A DNA stretch of 64,000 bases from Candidatus Hydrogenedentota bacterium. Its GTDB lineage: Bacteria; Hydrogenedentota; Hydrogenedentia; Hydrogenedentales; SLHB01. The notes below the pieces were generated by a model. It saw only the letters and a program-made list of their open reading frames with translations, was not told the DNA's origin and ran no database searches. Of this stretch, positions 41,392 to 51,069 are shown one piece after another. Numbering within the stretch: the first letter of the stretch is position 1; each line of letters begins with the position of its first letter. Location: contig CAXXYE010000003.1 in NCBI GenBank assembly GCA_963674865.2, positions 160,001 to 224,000 of the forward strand, given 5' to 3'. A program made the position numbers and the translations under genes.

Positions 41392-41913
41392 TTACTCCAC
41401 CATAAACTCAACCAAAGTGTGTACAGGCAGTTCGGCCAGCTTCTCGCGGCCTTTCAACGGAGGTAGTTCGACGACGAACGCTACCTCCACAATCTCCGCA
41501 CCGAGTCCCTTTACCAAGTCGGCCACGGCCGCCATCGTGCCTCCCGTGGCCAGAAGATCGTCCACGAGGACGACGCGGTCGCCCGGCTTGAGGGCATCGA
41601 CGTGCACCTCGACGGTGTCGGTACCGTACTCAAGCTCGAAATCGGCCGAGATGGTCTCGGCCGGGAGTTTGCCGGGCTTGCGGACGGGGATGAACGGCAG
41701 CTCCATCGCATAGGCCAGTGCCGCTCCAAAGATGAACCCGCGGGCCTCAGCGCCCACGATGGCGTCTACGCCCTTGTCGGCATACCGCGTCTTCCAGCCG
41801 TCGATGATGCTCTTGAAGGCATCACCGTGCTTGAGAAGCGAGGTGACGTCCACAAACTGGATCCCGGGCTTCGGGAAATCGGGGACAATCCGGAACAGCC
41901 CCTTGAGTTCCAT
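41392..41913 (-). CDS. apt: Adenine phosphoribosyltransferase
   Basis: PDFPKPGIQF, EARGF, RKPGKLP, LEYG, VDDLLATGGT; AAGGAG RBS before ATG 41913. Confidence 0.96.
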   Translation of the reverse strand: MELKGLFRIVPDFPKPGIQFVDVTSLLKHGDAFKSIIDGWKTRYADKGVDAIVGAEARGFIFGAALAYAMELPFIPVRKPGKLPAETISADFELEYGTDTVEVHVDALKPGDRVVLVDDLLATGGTMAAVADLVKGLGAEIVEVAFVVELPPLKGREKLAELPVHTLVEFMVE

Positions 41914-42225
41914 GCGTTGACTCCTTTTTGCTATCGCTGCACTGCGCGGGAACCGGCCGCGGCAGGCCGGTCGATGACGACATGCCGCTAGACGTGACCG
42001 TGGAGTGGCGGAATCATCGCACGCACATGCGTTGGGAAGCAAATGGCACGTCACTCGGTGATATTCGGTGGAAGCGCTAAGGCTCCCGACCTTTCGTAAG
42101 GCGGTCTTCACCCGTCTGGCATCATTTGGTATCATAGCCGGGTGTGGGCCGCCGGTATCGCGGGAGGGAACCGCGATGTCGGCGGAGGCGCTGCGGTTAG
42201 CAACATGCGGAAAGGAACCCTCGGA

Positions 42226-43896
42226 ATGGGACGCAAGTACGTACTTGGATTGGATTACGGTACGGAGTCAGCCCGTGCCCTGCTGGTGGCTGTTGACAAT
42301 GGGGAGGAAGTGGCCACGGCGGTAGAAGCCTATCCCGACGGCGTGATCGACACCGAGCTGCCCGGCTCAGGCAAGCGACTCGAGCCCGATTGGGCTTTGC
42401 AGAATCCCAAGGATTACTTGAATGTACTCGAGAAGATCGTGTCCCAAGTGCTCAAAGCGTCGGGCGTGAGCGGCGAGGACGTCATCGGTATTGGGACGGA
42501 CTTCACGGCTTGCACGATGCTGCCTATCGACGAGGACGGTACGCCGCTTTGCATGAAGCCGGACTTCGCCGACAATCCCCACGCGTGGGTGAAATTGTGG
42601 AAGCACCACGCGGCGCAGCCGGAGGCGGATCGCATCAATGATATCGCCCGGGAGCGGGGAGAGGACTTCCTGGCGCGCTATGGCGGAAAGATCTCGAGCG
42701 AATGGTTCTTCCCGAAGGCGCTCCAGATTCTCGATGAGGCGCCGGAGATCTACGAGGCGGCTGACCGCCTCATCGAGGCCGGCGATTGGCTCGTTCTGCA
42801 ACTGTGTGGCGAAGAGAAGCGTAACGCCTGCGTGGCCGGCTACAAGGCCATTTGGGATGAGGGCTATCCCGACAAGAGCTTCTTCAAGGCGCTGAATCCT
42901 CGCTTCGAGAATGTCGTTCAGGACAAGATGAGCGAAGACATCTATCCGGCGGGCGTCAAGGCCGGCGGGTTGCTGCCCGAGGTCGCGGCGAAGCTTGGCC
43001 TCAATCCCGGCACGGCCGTCGCCACCGGTGGCGTGGACGCCCACGTGGCCGTGCCTGCTGCCACCGTAAGCGACGCGGGCAAGATGGTGATGATCATGGG
43101 CACCAGCCTGTGTCATATGGTGTGCGGCACGGAGAAGAAGGTCATCGAGGGCTTGTGCGGCGTCGTTAAGGACGGTATCCTGCCGGGATTCTACGGCTTC
43201 GAGGCCGGGCAAACCGCGGTGGGCGACATCTACGCCTGGTTCGTGGACAACTGTGTCCCCGGGTGGGTCGAGGAGAAGGCCAAAGAGGCCGGGGTGGATG
43301 TCCACGGCTACCTGAGCGCCGAGGCCGGCAAGCTCAAGCCCGGTGAGTCGGGCGCCCTATGCCTGGACTGGTGGAATGGCAACCGTTGTATCCTTGTCGA
43401 CGCCGACCTTACCGGACTCATGGTCGGTATGACGCTCACGACCACCCCCGCCGAGATGTACCGCGCCATCATCGAGTCCACGGCCTTCGGCACGTACAAG
43501 ATTATCGAGCAGATGGAGCAAGGCGGGTGCCCGGTGACGGAGCTGTACGCCTGCGGCGGCTTGGCCTCCAAGAATCCCTTGGTGATGCAGATCTTCGCCG
43601 ATGTCACCAACCGTGAGATCAAGATCAGCGCCAGTGATCAAACCGTGGCCCTCGGGTCGGCCATGTGGGGCGCGGTGGCGGCGGGCGCCGCGGCGGGCGG
43701 CTATGACACCGTTGCCGACGCGGCGGGCAAAATGGCCCGGCTTCGCGACGAGGTCTACACGCCGAATCCTGAAGCGCACGAAATGTACGAGAAGCTCTTC
43801 ACGGAATACGAGCGCCTGCACGACCTCTTTGGCCGCGGCGGCGACAACGTGATGAAGAACCTGAAAGAGATTAAGCTCTCCGTGCGGGGAGAATAG
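42226..43896 (+). CDS. araB: Ribulokinase (FGGY family)
   Basis: GLDYGTES, GTDFTACT, KLWKHHAAQ, YGGKISSEW, MIMGTS, LDWWNGNR. Confidence 0.88.
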   Translation: MGRKYVLGLDYGTESARALLVAVDNGEEVATAVEAYPDGVIDTELPGSGKRLEPDWALQNPKDYLNVLEKIVSQVLKASGVSGEDVIGIGTDFTACTMLPIDEDGTPLCMKPDFADNPHAWVKLWKHHAAQPEADRINDIARERGEDFLARYGGKISSEWFFPKALQILDEAPEIYEAADRLIEAGDWLVLQLCGEEKRNACVAGYKAIWDEGYPDKSFFKALNPRFENVVQDKMSEDIYPAGVKAGGLLPEVAAKLGLNPGTAVATGGVDAHVAVPAATVSDAGKMVMIMGTSLCHMVCGTEKKVIEGLCGVVKDGILPGFYGFEAGQTAVGDIYAWFVDNCVPGWVEEKAKEAGVDVHGYLSAEAGKLKPGESGALCLDWWNGNRCILVDADLTGLMVGMTLTTTPAEMYRAIIESTAFGTYKIIEQMEQGGCPVTELYACGGLASKNPLVMQIFADVTNREIKISASDQTVALGSAMWGAVAAGAAAGGYDTVADAAGKMARLRDEVYTPNPEAHEMYEKLFTEYERLHDLFGRGGDNVMKNLKEIKLSVRGE

Positions 43897-43977
43897 ACGG
43901 CGCCGGAAGTCGCCGAGTGGTTTGATTCAGCAATGCGAGGCAGGCAGACGCCTGCCTTCATTCTTCGGGAGAACGAT

Positions 43978-45125
43978 GTGAAAGACGAGCGCATTACGCG
44001 ATTAGCCGAGAATCTTCTGGGCTATTCCGTGAGGATCCAGCCCGGCGAGAAGCTCATGATCGAGTCGAAGGGCCTCTACAGCCTTGAACTTGTGAAAGAG
44101 CTGATCCGCGTCGCCACCGAGAAGGGCGCGGTGCCCTTTTGGTACTACAATGATGACAGCATCTACCGGCAGTTCCTCCAGGGCGTTACGCCGGAGCAAA
44201 TGGATGGCTTCACTGAGATGCACTTGACGATCACGCGGATGATGGATGCCTACATCGCCATCCGCGGCAGCGAGAACGCCTTCGACCTTGCCGATATCCC
44301 CGAGCCGCAGATGCGGCTGTTCAACCAGGTCTTTGTGAAAAAGGTTCATCTTGAAGAGCGCGTCGAGCACACGAAGTGGTGCGTGCTTCGCTTCCCCAAT
44401 GGGGCGATGGCCCAACTGGCGGAGACTTCCCAGGAGGCGTTCGAGGACTTCTTCTTCCGCGTGTGTAACCTCGACTATGCCAAACTGTCCGTCGCCATGG
44501 AGCCGCTCAAGAAGCTTATGGAGGCGACGGATCGCGTCCGCATCACCGGCCGGGGACGGATCTGTCATTCTCGATCAAGGGCATCCCCGTGGTGAAATGC
44601 GATGGCGATCGCAATATCCCCGATGGCGAGGTCTATACCGCCCCCGTGAAGGAATCGATCAATGGCGTTATTACCTTCAACGCGCCGTCCTTGCGTCAGG
44701 GCATCGTTTACGAGGGGATTGCGCTCGAGTTCGCCAAGGGCAAGATCGTGAAGGCCACGTGCCGCGCCAATGAGGAGAAGCTCAATGAGATTCTCGACAC
44801 CGACGAGGGCGCGCGGTACGTCGGCGAGTTTTCCATCGGCGTCAATCCCTACATCCGGCGCCCGATGAAGGATACTTTGTTCGATGAGAAGATCTATGGA
44901 AGCATGCACCTGACGCCGGGCAACTGCTACGACGAGGCCCCCAACGGCAACAAGAGCTCAATCCACTGGGACTTAGTGTTGATCCAGACACCGGAATACG
45001 GCGGGGGAGAACTCCATTTTGACGATATCCTCATCCGTAAGGACGGTGAGTTCGTCCACCCGGATCTTGCCCCCGTGCTGAACGCAGATGCATTCGACCG
45101 CGCGCCGGCGAAGGACAACGGCTAG
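43978..45125 (+). pseudogene. M29 (aminopeptidase T/II) peptidase, frameshifted at about 44550
   Basis: Two ORFs (43978..44595 and 44589..45125). Restoring one C gives [33 protein letters not shown] and SSIHWD follow. Confidence 0.85.
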
Positions 45126-45310
45126 TCTCCGCTGCTTCGACTCGCTTCGGGTTCGCCACGCAACCCGCGCGTCGAACCCCCGAAAAACTCTTTCTGCCAT
45201 GGGGCAGCATCGAGGGAAGGTTCTCGCCTCTCGCTCGATCTGTAGCTTCTTAACTCGTGTGTTTACAAGTGCTTGTGGTGATCATCTGCACAATGGCGTG
45301 TCCGGAGTTC

Positions 45311-45339
45311 TTGACAGAAAGGACCGTGATTGATAGCAT
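45311..45339 (+). promoter_or_regulatory. Sigma-70 promoter
   Basis: TTGACA-N17-TAGCAT. Confidence 0.65.
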
Positions 45340-45414
45340 ATTAACTTGAATATACCGTAAATCCCGATTATCAGGGCGGGGCAGCGAACCCGCGGCGAAA
45401 CAAGGGGACCTGAG

Positions 45415-46029
45415 ATGAGGGAGAAGGTGTTTACCACCGGCGAGGTGGCTGTAATCTGTGGCGTGTCCGCCGACACAGTTTCGCGGTGGTTCGACCTGGG
45501 ACAGATCGAAGGGTATCGCCTGGGAGCGGGAGGGGATCGCCGCATCCCCTTTGAGATGTTGCGCAAGTTTATGCTCGGCCACGGCATTCCCCTCGAGCGC
45601 CTGGAGAAGGACGAGCGCCGCGTACTTGTTATTGACGACGACCCACACTATTTGGACATGTTCCAGGCGGCGCTCGAAGAGGCGGATGAATTTGAGGTGG
45701 CCGTCGCGTCCACAGCTTTCGACGCGGGCGCCAAAGTCGTTGATTTCAATCCGCATGTCATTGTCATGGACTTGCACCTCTCCGATATGAGCGCCCGGGT
45801 GGTTTGCGAGCGCGTGAAAGCCCGCCCGGAAACGAAAGCGACGGCTTTCATTGGCTTGTCGCGATATCCGGATGCTAGTGGCTCCTTCCAGCTTGAAGAC
45901 ATGAATCTGGATGCTCTTCTTAGCAAGCCTCTTGAGGGGAATGAGGTCCGCGAGCACGTTCGCCGTCTGTTCGAGAAGCCCAAGCTCCGAAAGGCGCGCG
46001 CACGCCCCCTGCCCCCGGGGCGCGCCTAG
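45415..46029 (+). CDS. Response regulator with N-terminal excisionase-like HTH and C-terminal receiver
   Basis: FTTGEVAVICGVS..TVSRWFD..GGDRRI; VLVIDDD, VMDL, SKP. Confidence 0.9.
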   Translation: MREKVFTTGEVAVICGVSADTVSRWFDLGQIEGYRLGAGGDRRIPFEMLRKFMLGHGIPLERLEKDERRVLVIDDDPHYLDMFQAALEEADEFEVAVASTAFDAGAKVVDFNPHVIVMDLHLSDMSARVVCERVKARPETKATAFIGLSRYPDASGSFQLEDMNLDALLSKPLEGNEVREHVRRLFEKPKLRKARARPLPPGRA

Positions 46030-46071
46030 GGCCTTCTCTGCCGTCAACCGTCATCACGCCAGGAGGATCTC

Positions 46072-46671
46072 GTGCCTTACTCACCGCGTATTGTGGATGC
46101 CTTCCGTCTCGCCTACGAATTGCACAAGGATCAGGTGCGTAAAGGCTCCGACAAGTCCTACATCACCCACCTCACGTCGGTGGCGGGGATCGTCGGCGAA
46201 TACGGCGGCGACGAGGAGCAGTTCATCGCGGCCCTGCTTCATGACGCCGTCGAGGATCAAGGCGGACAAGCGACGCTGGCGCGGATACGGGACATGTTCG
46301 GTGAGAAGGTGGCGGACTATGTGGTTGGGTGTAGCGACGCGGACACAATCCCGAAGCCGCCGTGGCGCGAGCGAAAACAGCGCTATCTGGAGCAAGTTGC
46401 CGACGCCTTCCCCGAACAGAAGCTGATCGTCGCCGCCGACAAACTCCACAACGCCCGCGCCATCATCAACGATCTCCGCGTGTCCGGCGACGCGCTGTGG
46501 GAGCGCTTCAACGGGGGACGCGACGCGACGTTATGGTACTGCGGTGCCGCGGTCCGCGCCTTGGCCAAAGGATGGCGCCATTCTCTTCTCACGGAACTTG
46601 AGGTCACCGAAGAAGCCCTTCAACGCCTCGCTGCGGAAGTGCATCAGGCAGGGCCTGAAGGGAGTAGATAG
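46072..46671 (+). CDS. HD-domain small alarmone hydrolase (Mesh1/SpoT-like)
   Basis: HKDQVRKG..YITH, AALLHDAVEDQ, WRERK, ADKLHNAR. Confidence 0.85.
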   Translation: MPYSPRIVDAFRLAYELHKDQVRKGSDKSYITHLTSVAGIVGEYGGDEEQFIAALLHDAVEDQGGQATLARIRDMFGEKVADYVVGCSDADTIPKPPWRERKQRYLEQVADAFPEQKLIVAADKLHNARAIINDLRVSGDALWERFNGGRDATLWYCGAAVRALAKGWRHSLLTELEVTEEALQRLAAEVHQAGPEGSR

Positions 46672-46825
46672 CACCTCTCGCATAGGCATTGTGCCGAGCG
46701 ATTGTGCCATTGAACCATGTCCAACTCACCTGGTTTGACGTACCAGGTGCCGAGACAAGCCCAAGAGCGCTGCCGCGTTCCGCAAGCAGCTTGCAGATCT
46801 ATCCGTTGTTCCCGATAAGGATCTA

Positions 46826-48043
46826 TCACTTGAGCCGGAGTCGCGTCAGTTCGTCAAGCATGGGATGGTAGTCGCTCGACCAGTCATAGGGCGGGTTCTG
46901 GCCGTAGTCCCCACTGTGGCGGAAGCTAGTGAGGCGGAACCACACCTCGGTTGCGCTGAACTCGCTATGGGGCACCACCAACGCGATCGTGTTTCCGAGG
47001 ATGATGGCGCGGGCGGCGCTGGCAATGGCCGTGAATGCGTTGTTGCGGGCATCGGTGACGACGAGATGCCAGCCTCCAGAAGGACTGTACTCGACGGAAT
47101 ACCACAGATCCGTGCCCTGATAGTAGTCGTTGGCGTATTGAGCGAGGGGTACGTAGTTGTTGTCTGGGTTGCCGTCGGCATCGAACACGAAGCCGAATTG
47201 GTAGTAGTTGGCTGCGTCGTTCAGCGGGACATCGGCATCGAAGATCTGGGCCAGCAACTGCCACTTCGCGTCTTCCGGAAGCGTCGCCGAGATGTCCGGG
47301 CAAACGGTGTAGCCGTTCGGGCCGTCCCCACACGGAAAGAGGGGATCGCCCTGCTTGAAGCTGTAATTGAATGTGAGGCCGATGTTCTCAAGCTCGAAAC
47401 TCGATCTGAAGCGCCCGATACCTTCGACTTCCGGCTCGGGGATGAGAGCGGCCAAGAGCGGATTGGAGTTGAAGCGATAGAGCCCGAGCGGCAGGCCCTT
47501 GATGCCGATGGGCACCTCCTCGACGTACGTCTCGCCACGGATGACTCGCATGATCTCCTCCATGTCGAGCAAGGTGGTGTCGGAGCGGAGATTTCCGAAC
47601 ATGCTGACGGATGCCCGCTGATCAGGATTGCCGCCGAGGGAGGGATCTGTGCGATAGAGCCCAAGTGTGAAGGGAAGTTGAACGGTGTCGTCGGCGTCGA
47701 GAGGGGCCACAGTCTGCATCTTCAGATAGCCAATATCCATCGGGCTGATGACGCCCTGGAGTCCGCCTTTGATCTGATATGGCGAGGGGAGATCCTCGAC
47801 CACGTACCAGACTTGCTGATCCAGCAAGTTGTCGAGGCGAATGGAGCCCAGTTTCTTGGGGACCTCCGAGGTCGGCTCTATCCCCGTGAAGAAGGTCCAA
47901 TGCAAGTCGTAGGTTTTCAGATATGGCTCAGGTTGTAGGAAGGGGCATTCTGTGTTTCCCATTGAGAAGAGTGCGATGGGGAGTAATGCAATGATGCCTG
48001 CGACGGCGTGCCTGCGAGGTTGGCCGGAATTCATGCAGTTCAC
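46826..48043 (-). CDS. Hypothetical exported protein
   Basis: 405-aa ORF with signal-like N-terminus and aromatic/Asp-rich beta-sandwich-like C-terminus (FVFDADGNPDNNY). Confidence 0.65.
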   Translation of the reverse strand: MNCMNSGQPRRHAVAGIIALLPIALFSMGNTECPFLQPEPYLKTYDLHWTFFTGIEPTSEVPKKLGSIRLDNLLDQQVWYVVEDLPSPYQIKGGLQGVISPMDIGYLKMQTVAPLDADDTVQLPFTLGLYRTDPSLGGNPDQRASVSMFGNLRSDTTLLDMEEIMRVIRGETYVEEVPIGIKGLPLGLYRFNSNPLLAALIPEPEVEGIGRFRSSFELENIGLTFNYSFKQGDPLFPCGDGPNGYTVCPDISATLPEDAKWQLLAQIFDADVPLNDAANYYQFGFVFDADGNPDNNYVPLAQYANDYYQGTDLWYSVEYSPSGGWHLVVTDARNNAFTAIASAARAIILGNTIALVVPHSEFSATEVWFRLTSFRHSGDYGQNPPYDWSSDYHPMLDELTRLRLK

Positions 48044-48240
48044 GAATGCGCCCTCCGCGGTTGTACTACAGCCAGTGTGCCTGTACTACCGATGCTTCTC
48101 TCGGGCACGTGTTCCGTATAGCATGAGGGCCCACGTTTTGGCAAGGTGCGGATGCCGGACTTCAGGGGGACAGGCGCGAGGGTACGACGAACCGCACGCG
48201 GACTTCCGGCATGGAAGGCGCTGCCAGCCAGGCTGAGGGT

Positions 48241-49707
48241 CTAGGGCATATCGGGGTTCTGCAGCATTTCTTCCTTGAGTTGTCCCATCTTCTCGGACAG
48301 GACGACGCGGTAGATCTCGGGATTGCGGAGCCGCTTGAACTCCTCGGGAAGCGCGGCGATTTGGTCGAGCGCCCACCGGCGTACGGATGCGATGGGCGGG
48401 GCCTCTGTCAAGCGCCGGCCCTTGTTGAACACGCACTGCAGGAGTTCCCGGGCGCTTTCGGCCCCGCGCAGTCGGGCCGGCTGGTGGGGGCGTGTGCGAT
48501 GGCGTCCAAGGATAGTCTCCGAGATAGGACACGTCTCGTCTTCCCCGTAGATCATGTCGCCGACGGGACGTCCGTCGCCGTCGTAGTAGCGAAGCAGTTG
48601 CTTTCTACCGGGATCCGTCGCTTTGTCCATGTTCGAAGTGATCTTGATGCGGGGCAGCCATTGCCCGTTCTCGCGGATGGCCACGAGCTTGTAAACGCCG
48701 CTCAGAGAGGGAGAGTCGCTTGCCGTGATGAGATGCGTCCCAACGCCCCAGGCATTGATCTTGGCGCCCTGCCGCTTGAGATCCGCGATGATGTCCTCGT
48801 CGAGGTCGTTGGAGCCAACGATGAGCGGGTCCTCGAAGCCGGCGTCCGTCATCATCTTGTAGGCTATCTTGCTCAGCTTGGCCAAGTCGCCCGAATCGAG
48901 GCGGATGGCCGGCCGGGCATTGTGGCCGGCGGCGTGTAACTCCTTGAACACGGTGATGGCGTTGGGAACGCCGCTCTCCACCGTATCGTAGGTATCGACG
49001 AGAAGGGTGCAGCGTTCAGGATAATTACGCGCGAAGGCTCGAAATGCTTCGAGTTCCGATGGGAAACTCATCACCCAACTGTGGGCATGGGTGCCCGATA
49101 CGGGAATGCCGTACACTTTCCCGGCCAGGACATTCGACGTGGCCATGCATCCGCCGATGTATGCGGCACGCGAGCCGCTCAAGCTGCCGTCGGGGCCGTG
49201 GGCGCGCCGCAGCCCGAACTCGTGCACCGGTTCGCCGTTGGCTGCCAGGCAGACTCGGGCGGCCTTTGTGGCGATAAGCGTCTGGAAGTTCATGATGTTG
49301 AGCAGCGCACTCTCGAGCAACTGGGCCTCGAAGATGGTGCCCTCAACCTGGATAACCGGCTCGTTCGGGAAGACTAAGGTTCCTTCGGGGATTGCCCGGA
49401 CGGTGCAGTGGGGCTGGAAGTCCTTAAGGAAACTCAGGAAAGCGGCATCGAATATGCCAAGAGAATTGAGGTACGCGATGTCGTCCTCTCGGAATCGCAG
49501 GTTTGCCAGGTACTCGATAAAAACCTCAAGCCCGGCCGTCACGGCGAAGCCCGCATGGGGCGGCAGGCTCCGGAAGAAGTACTCAAAGGTAACCTGCTGT
49601 TGATCCCGGCCTTCCTTCAGATGTCCGGCCATCATGGTGAGCTCATAGAGGTCGGTGAGGAGCGCCAGGCCCTCGCGGTTGTACCATGCCTGCGGCGGGG
49701 CCGTCAT
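48241..49707 (-). CDS. pncB: Nicotinate phosphoribosyltransferase
   Basis: LLTDLYELTM, EFGLRRA, TSNV, GTHAHSWV, LVDTYD, IRLDSGD, SNDLDE, GVGT, GVYKL. Confidence 0.96.
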   Translation of the reverse strand: MTAPPQAWYNREGLALLTDLYELTMMAGHLKEGRDQQQVTFEYFFRSLPPHAGFAVTAGLEVFIEYLANLRFREDDIAYLNSLGIFDAAFLSFLKDFQPHCTVRAIPEGTLVFPNEPVIQVEGTIFEAQLLESALLNIMNFQTLIATKAARVCLAANGEPVHEFGLRRAHGPDGSLSGSRAAYIGGCMATSNVLAGKVYGIPVSGTHAHSWVMSFPSELEAFRAFARNYPERCTLLVDTYDTVESGVPNAITVFKELHAAGHNARPAIRLDSGDLAKLSKIAYKMMTDAGFEDPLIVGSNDLDEDIIADLKRQGAKINAWGVGTHLITASDSPSLSGVYKLVAIRENGQWLPRIKITSNMDKATDPGRKQLLRYYDGDGRPVGDMIYGEDETCPISETILGRHRTRPHQPARLRGAESARELLQCVFNKGRRLTEAPPIASVRRWALDQIAALPEEFKRLRNPEIYRVVLSEKMGQLKEEMLQNPDMP

Positions 49708-50279
49708 GTGAGGTCCACCGAGGAGCAGAAGATCACGCCCGCTTCAGTCATTTCCTTGAGCGCCAGCTGCACGCTTCCCGGGGGCGCGTCCACCCCTTTG
49801 CACGCATCCTCCAGGAAGATGACCTCGAAGCCTTCGGCCACGGCGTCCAAGGCGGTGCTCTTGACGCAGTAATCCGTGGCAAGGCCGCAGACAAATGCAC
49901 GCGTTACTCCCCGATGCCGGAGATCATCCGCCAGGCCCGTTTCCTGGAAGTCGCTGTACGCCTCCCGTTCGGGCGTGGTGGCCTTGCTCACGCGCAAAGC
50001 GTCGTCGGGGATATGGAGATCCTCGTGGAACTCTGCCCCGGGTGAGCCGCCCACGCAGTGGGCGGGCCAGCTTCCATCGCAGAACGCCGGGGGATTTCCG
50101 AAGCTGCAATGGTTGGCCGGATGCCAATCGCGTGACACGATTACATGCTTGAACAGGGGCGACATCTTGTTGATGACGGGGATGATCGCGTCTCCATCTT
50201 CTACAGCCAACGCCCCGCCCGGACAGAAATCCTTCTGCACGTCTATGATGATCAGGGCGTCCGTCGAGGTGATCTTCAT
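49704..50279 (-). CDS. pncA: Nicotinamidase
   Basis: IDVQKDFCPGGAL, DWHP..H, WPAHCV, GLATDYCV; ATGA overlap with pncB. Confidence 0.94.
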   Translation of the reverse strand: MKITSTDALIIIDVQKDFCPGGALAVEDGDAIIPVINKMSPLFKHVIVSRDWHPANHCSFGNPPAFCDGSWPAHCVGGSPGAEFHEDLHIPDDALRVSKATTPEREAYSDFQETGLADDLRHRGVTRAFVCGLATDYCVKSTALDAVAEGFEVIFLEDACKGVDAPPGSVQLALKEMTEAGVIFCSSVDLT

Positions 50280-50365
50280 ATAGCCTTCTCCCAAAAGAGA
50301 CGCAGCGCCAATGCCATGAACGGACGTTTCCAACTTGACGGCTCATCCAGGGACTTCCGGCCCGC

Positions 50366-50908
50366 TCAGGAAGACGGGCCGAGCACGATACGTCTCAGGC
50401 GTGCGAAGTCCGCTTCGTCCAATTCCTCGCAGAGCGAGCGCCTTGTCAGCGCGGGATGCGCCAAGTCAACACGGAGCCTTTCGATAGCGTATGCCACGAT
50501 GGCGTCGTGGTCAAACACGAGCCCCTCGACATCCCGCATGGCCACCCATTGCGCCTCCGCGGCGTCATCCCCGCCCCGTGGCCGATGGCGGCGTCTATCG
50601 ACCACCGCAAGATACGCCACCGAAATCGATCGGCCGCGGGGATCCCGTTCGAGGTCGCCGAAGGTGTGTAATTGTCTTAGGGAAATGCCGTCGAGGCCGG
50701 TTTCCTCGTGCAACTCACGGACTACGGCTACATCGAGGGGCTCATCCATCTCGACGAAGCCGCCGGGGAGCGCCCAGCGTCCGGCGAAGGGCTCACGCCC
50801 GCGCCGAATCAGCAGGATATCAAGCCCGTCCTCGCCAAGGCCAAGTAGGACGGCGTCGACAGTCACCATAGGGCGGGGATAGGGATATGTGTACTCCTTC
50901 GTGGCCAT
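50366..50908 (-). CDS. NUDIX hydrolase (NrtR/ADP-ribose pyrophosphatase-like)
   Basis: YPRPMVTVD, WALPGGFV, RELHEETGL, RDPRG, GDDA, FDH. Confidence 0.88.
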   Translation of the reverse strand: MATKEYTYPYPRPMVTVDAVLLGLGEDGLDILLIRRGREPFAGRWALPGGFVEMDEPLDVAVVRELHEETGLDGISLRQLHTFGDLERDPRGRSISVAYLAVVDRRRHRPRGGDDAAEAQWVAMRDVEGLVFDHDAIVAYAIERLRVDLAHPALTRRSLCEELDEADFARLRRIVLGPSS

Positions 50909-50992
50909 CGGGCTCTCGAATTCTTCTCTTCCAAGGTGTACTCCCGGCGCGGCGATGAAGTCAAGGGGACGGGCGCGACGAGGATCGGAATC

Positions 50993-51044
50993 GGGGACAG
51001 TCCCGTCTCGTCCGCCTGCGGCGGACTCTCTTGCGGCAGTCCCC
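50993..51044. repeat. REP-like nested inverted repeat
   Basis: GGGGAC...GTCCCC termini enclosing the hairpin GTCCGCC-TGC-GGCGGAC; intergenic. Confidence 0.4.
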
Positions 51045-51069
51045 CATTCCTCTCGACGCGGCGATGGAG

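Noticed and set aside
45415..45600. Prophage excisionase or integrative element
   Set aside because: The HTH is fused to a receiver domain; no integrase, att sites or phage genes are visible.
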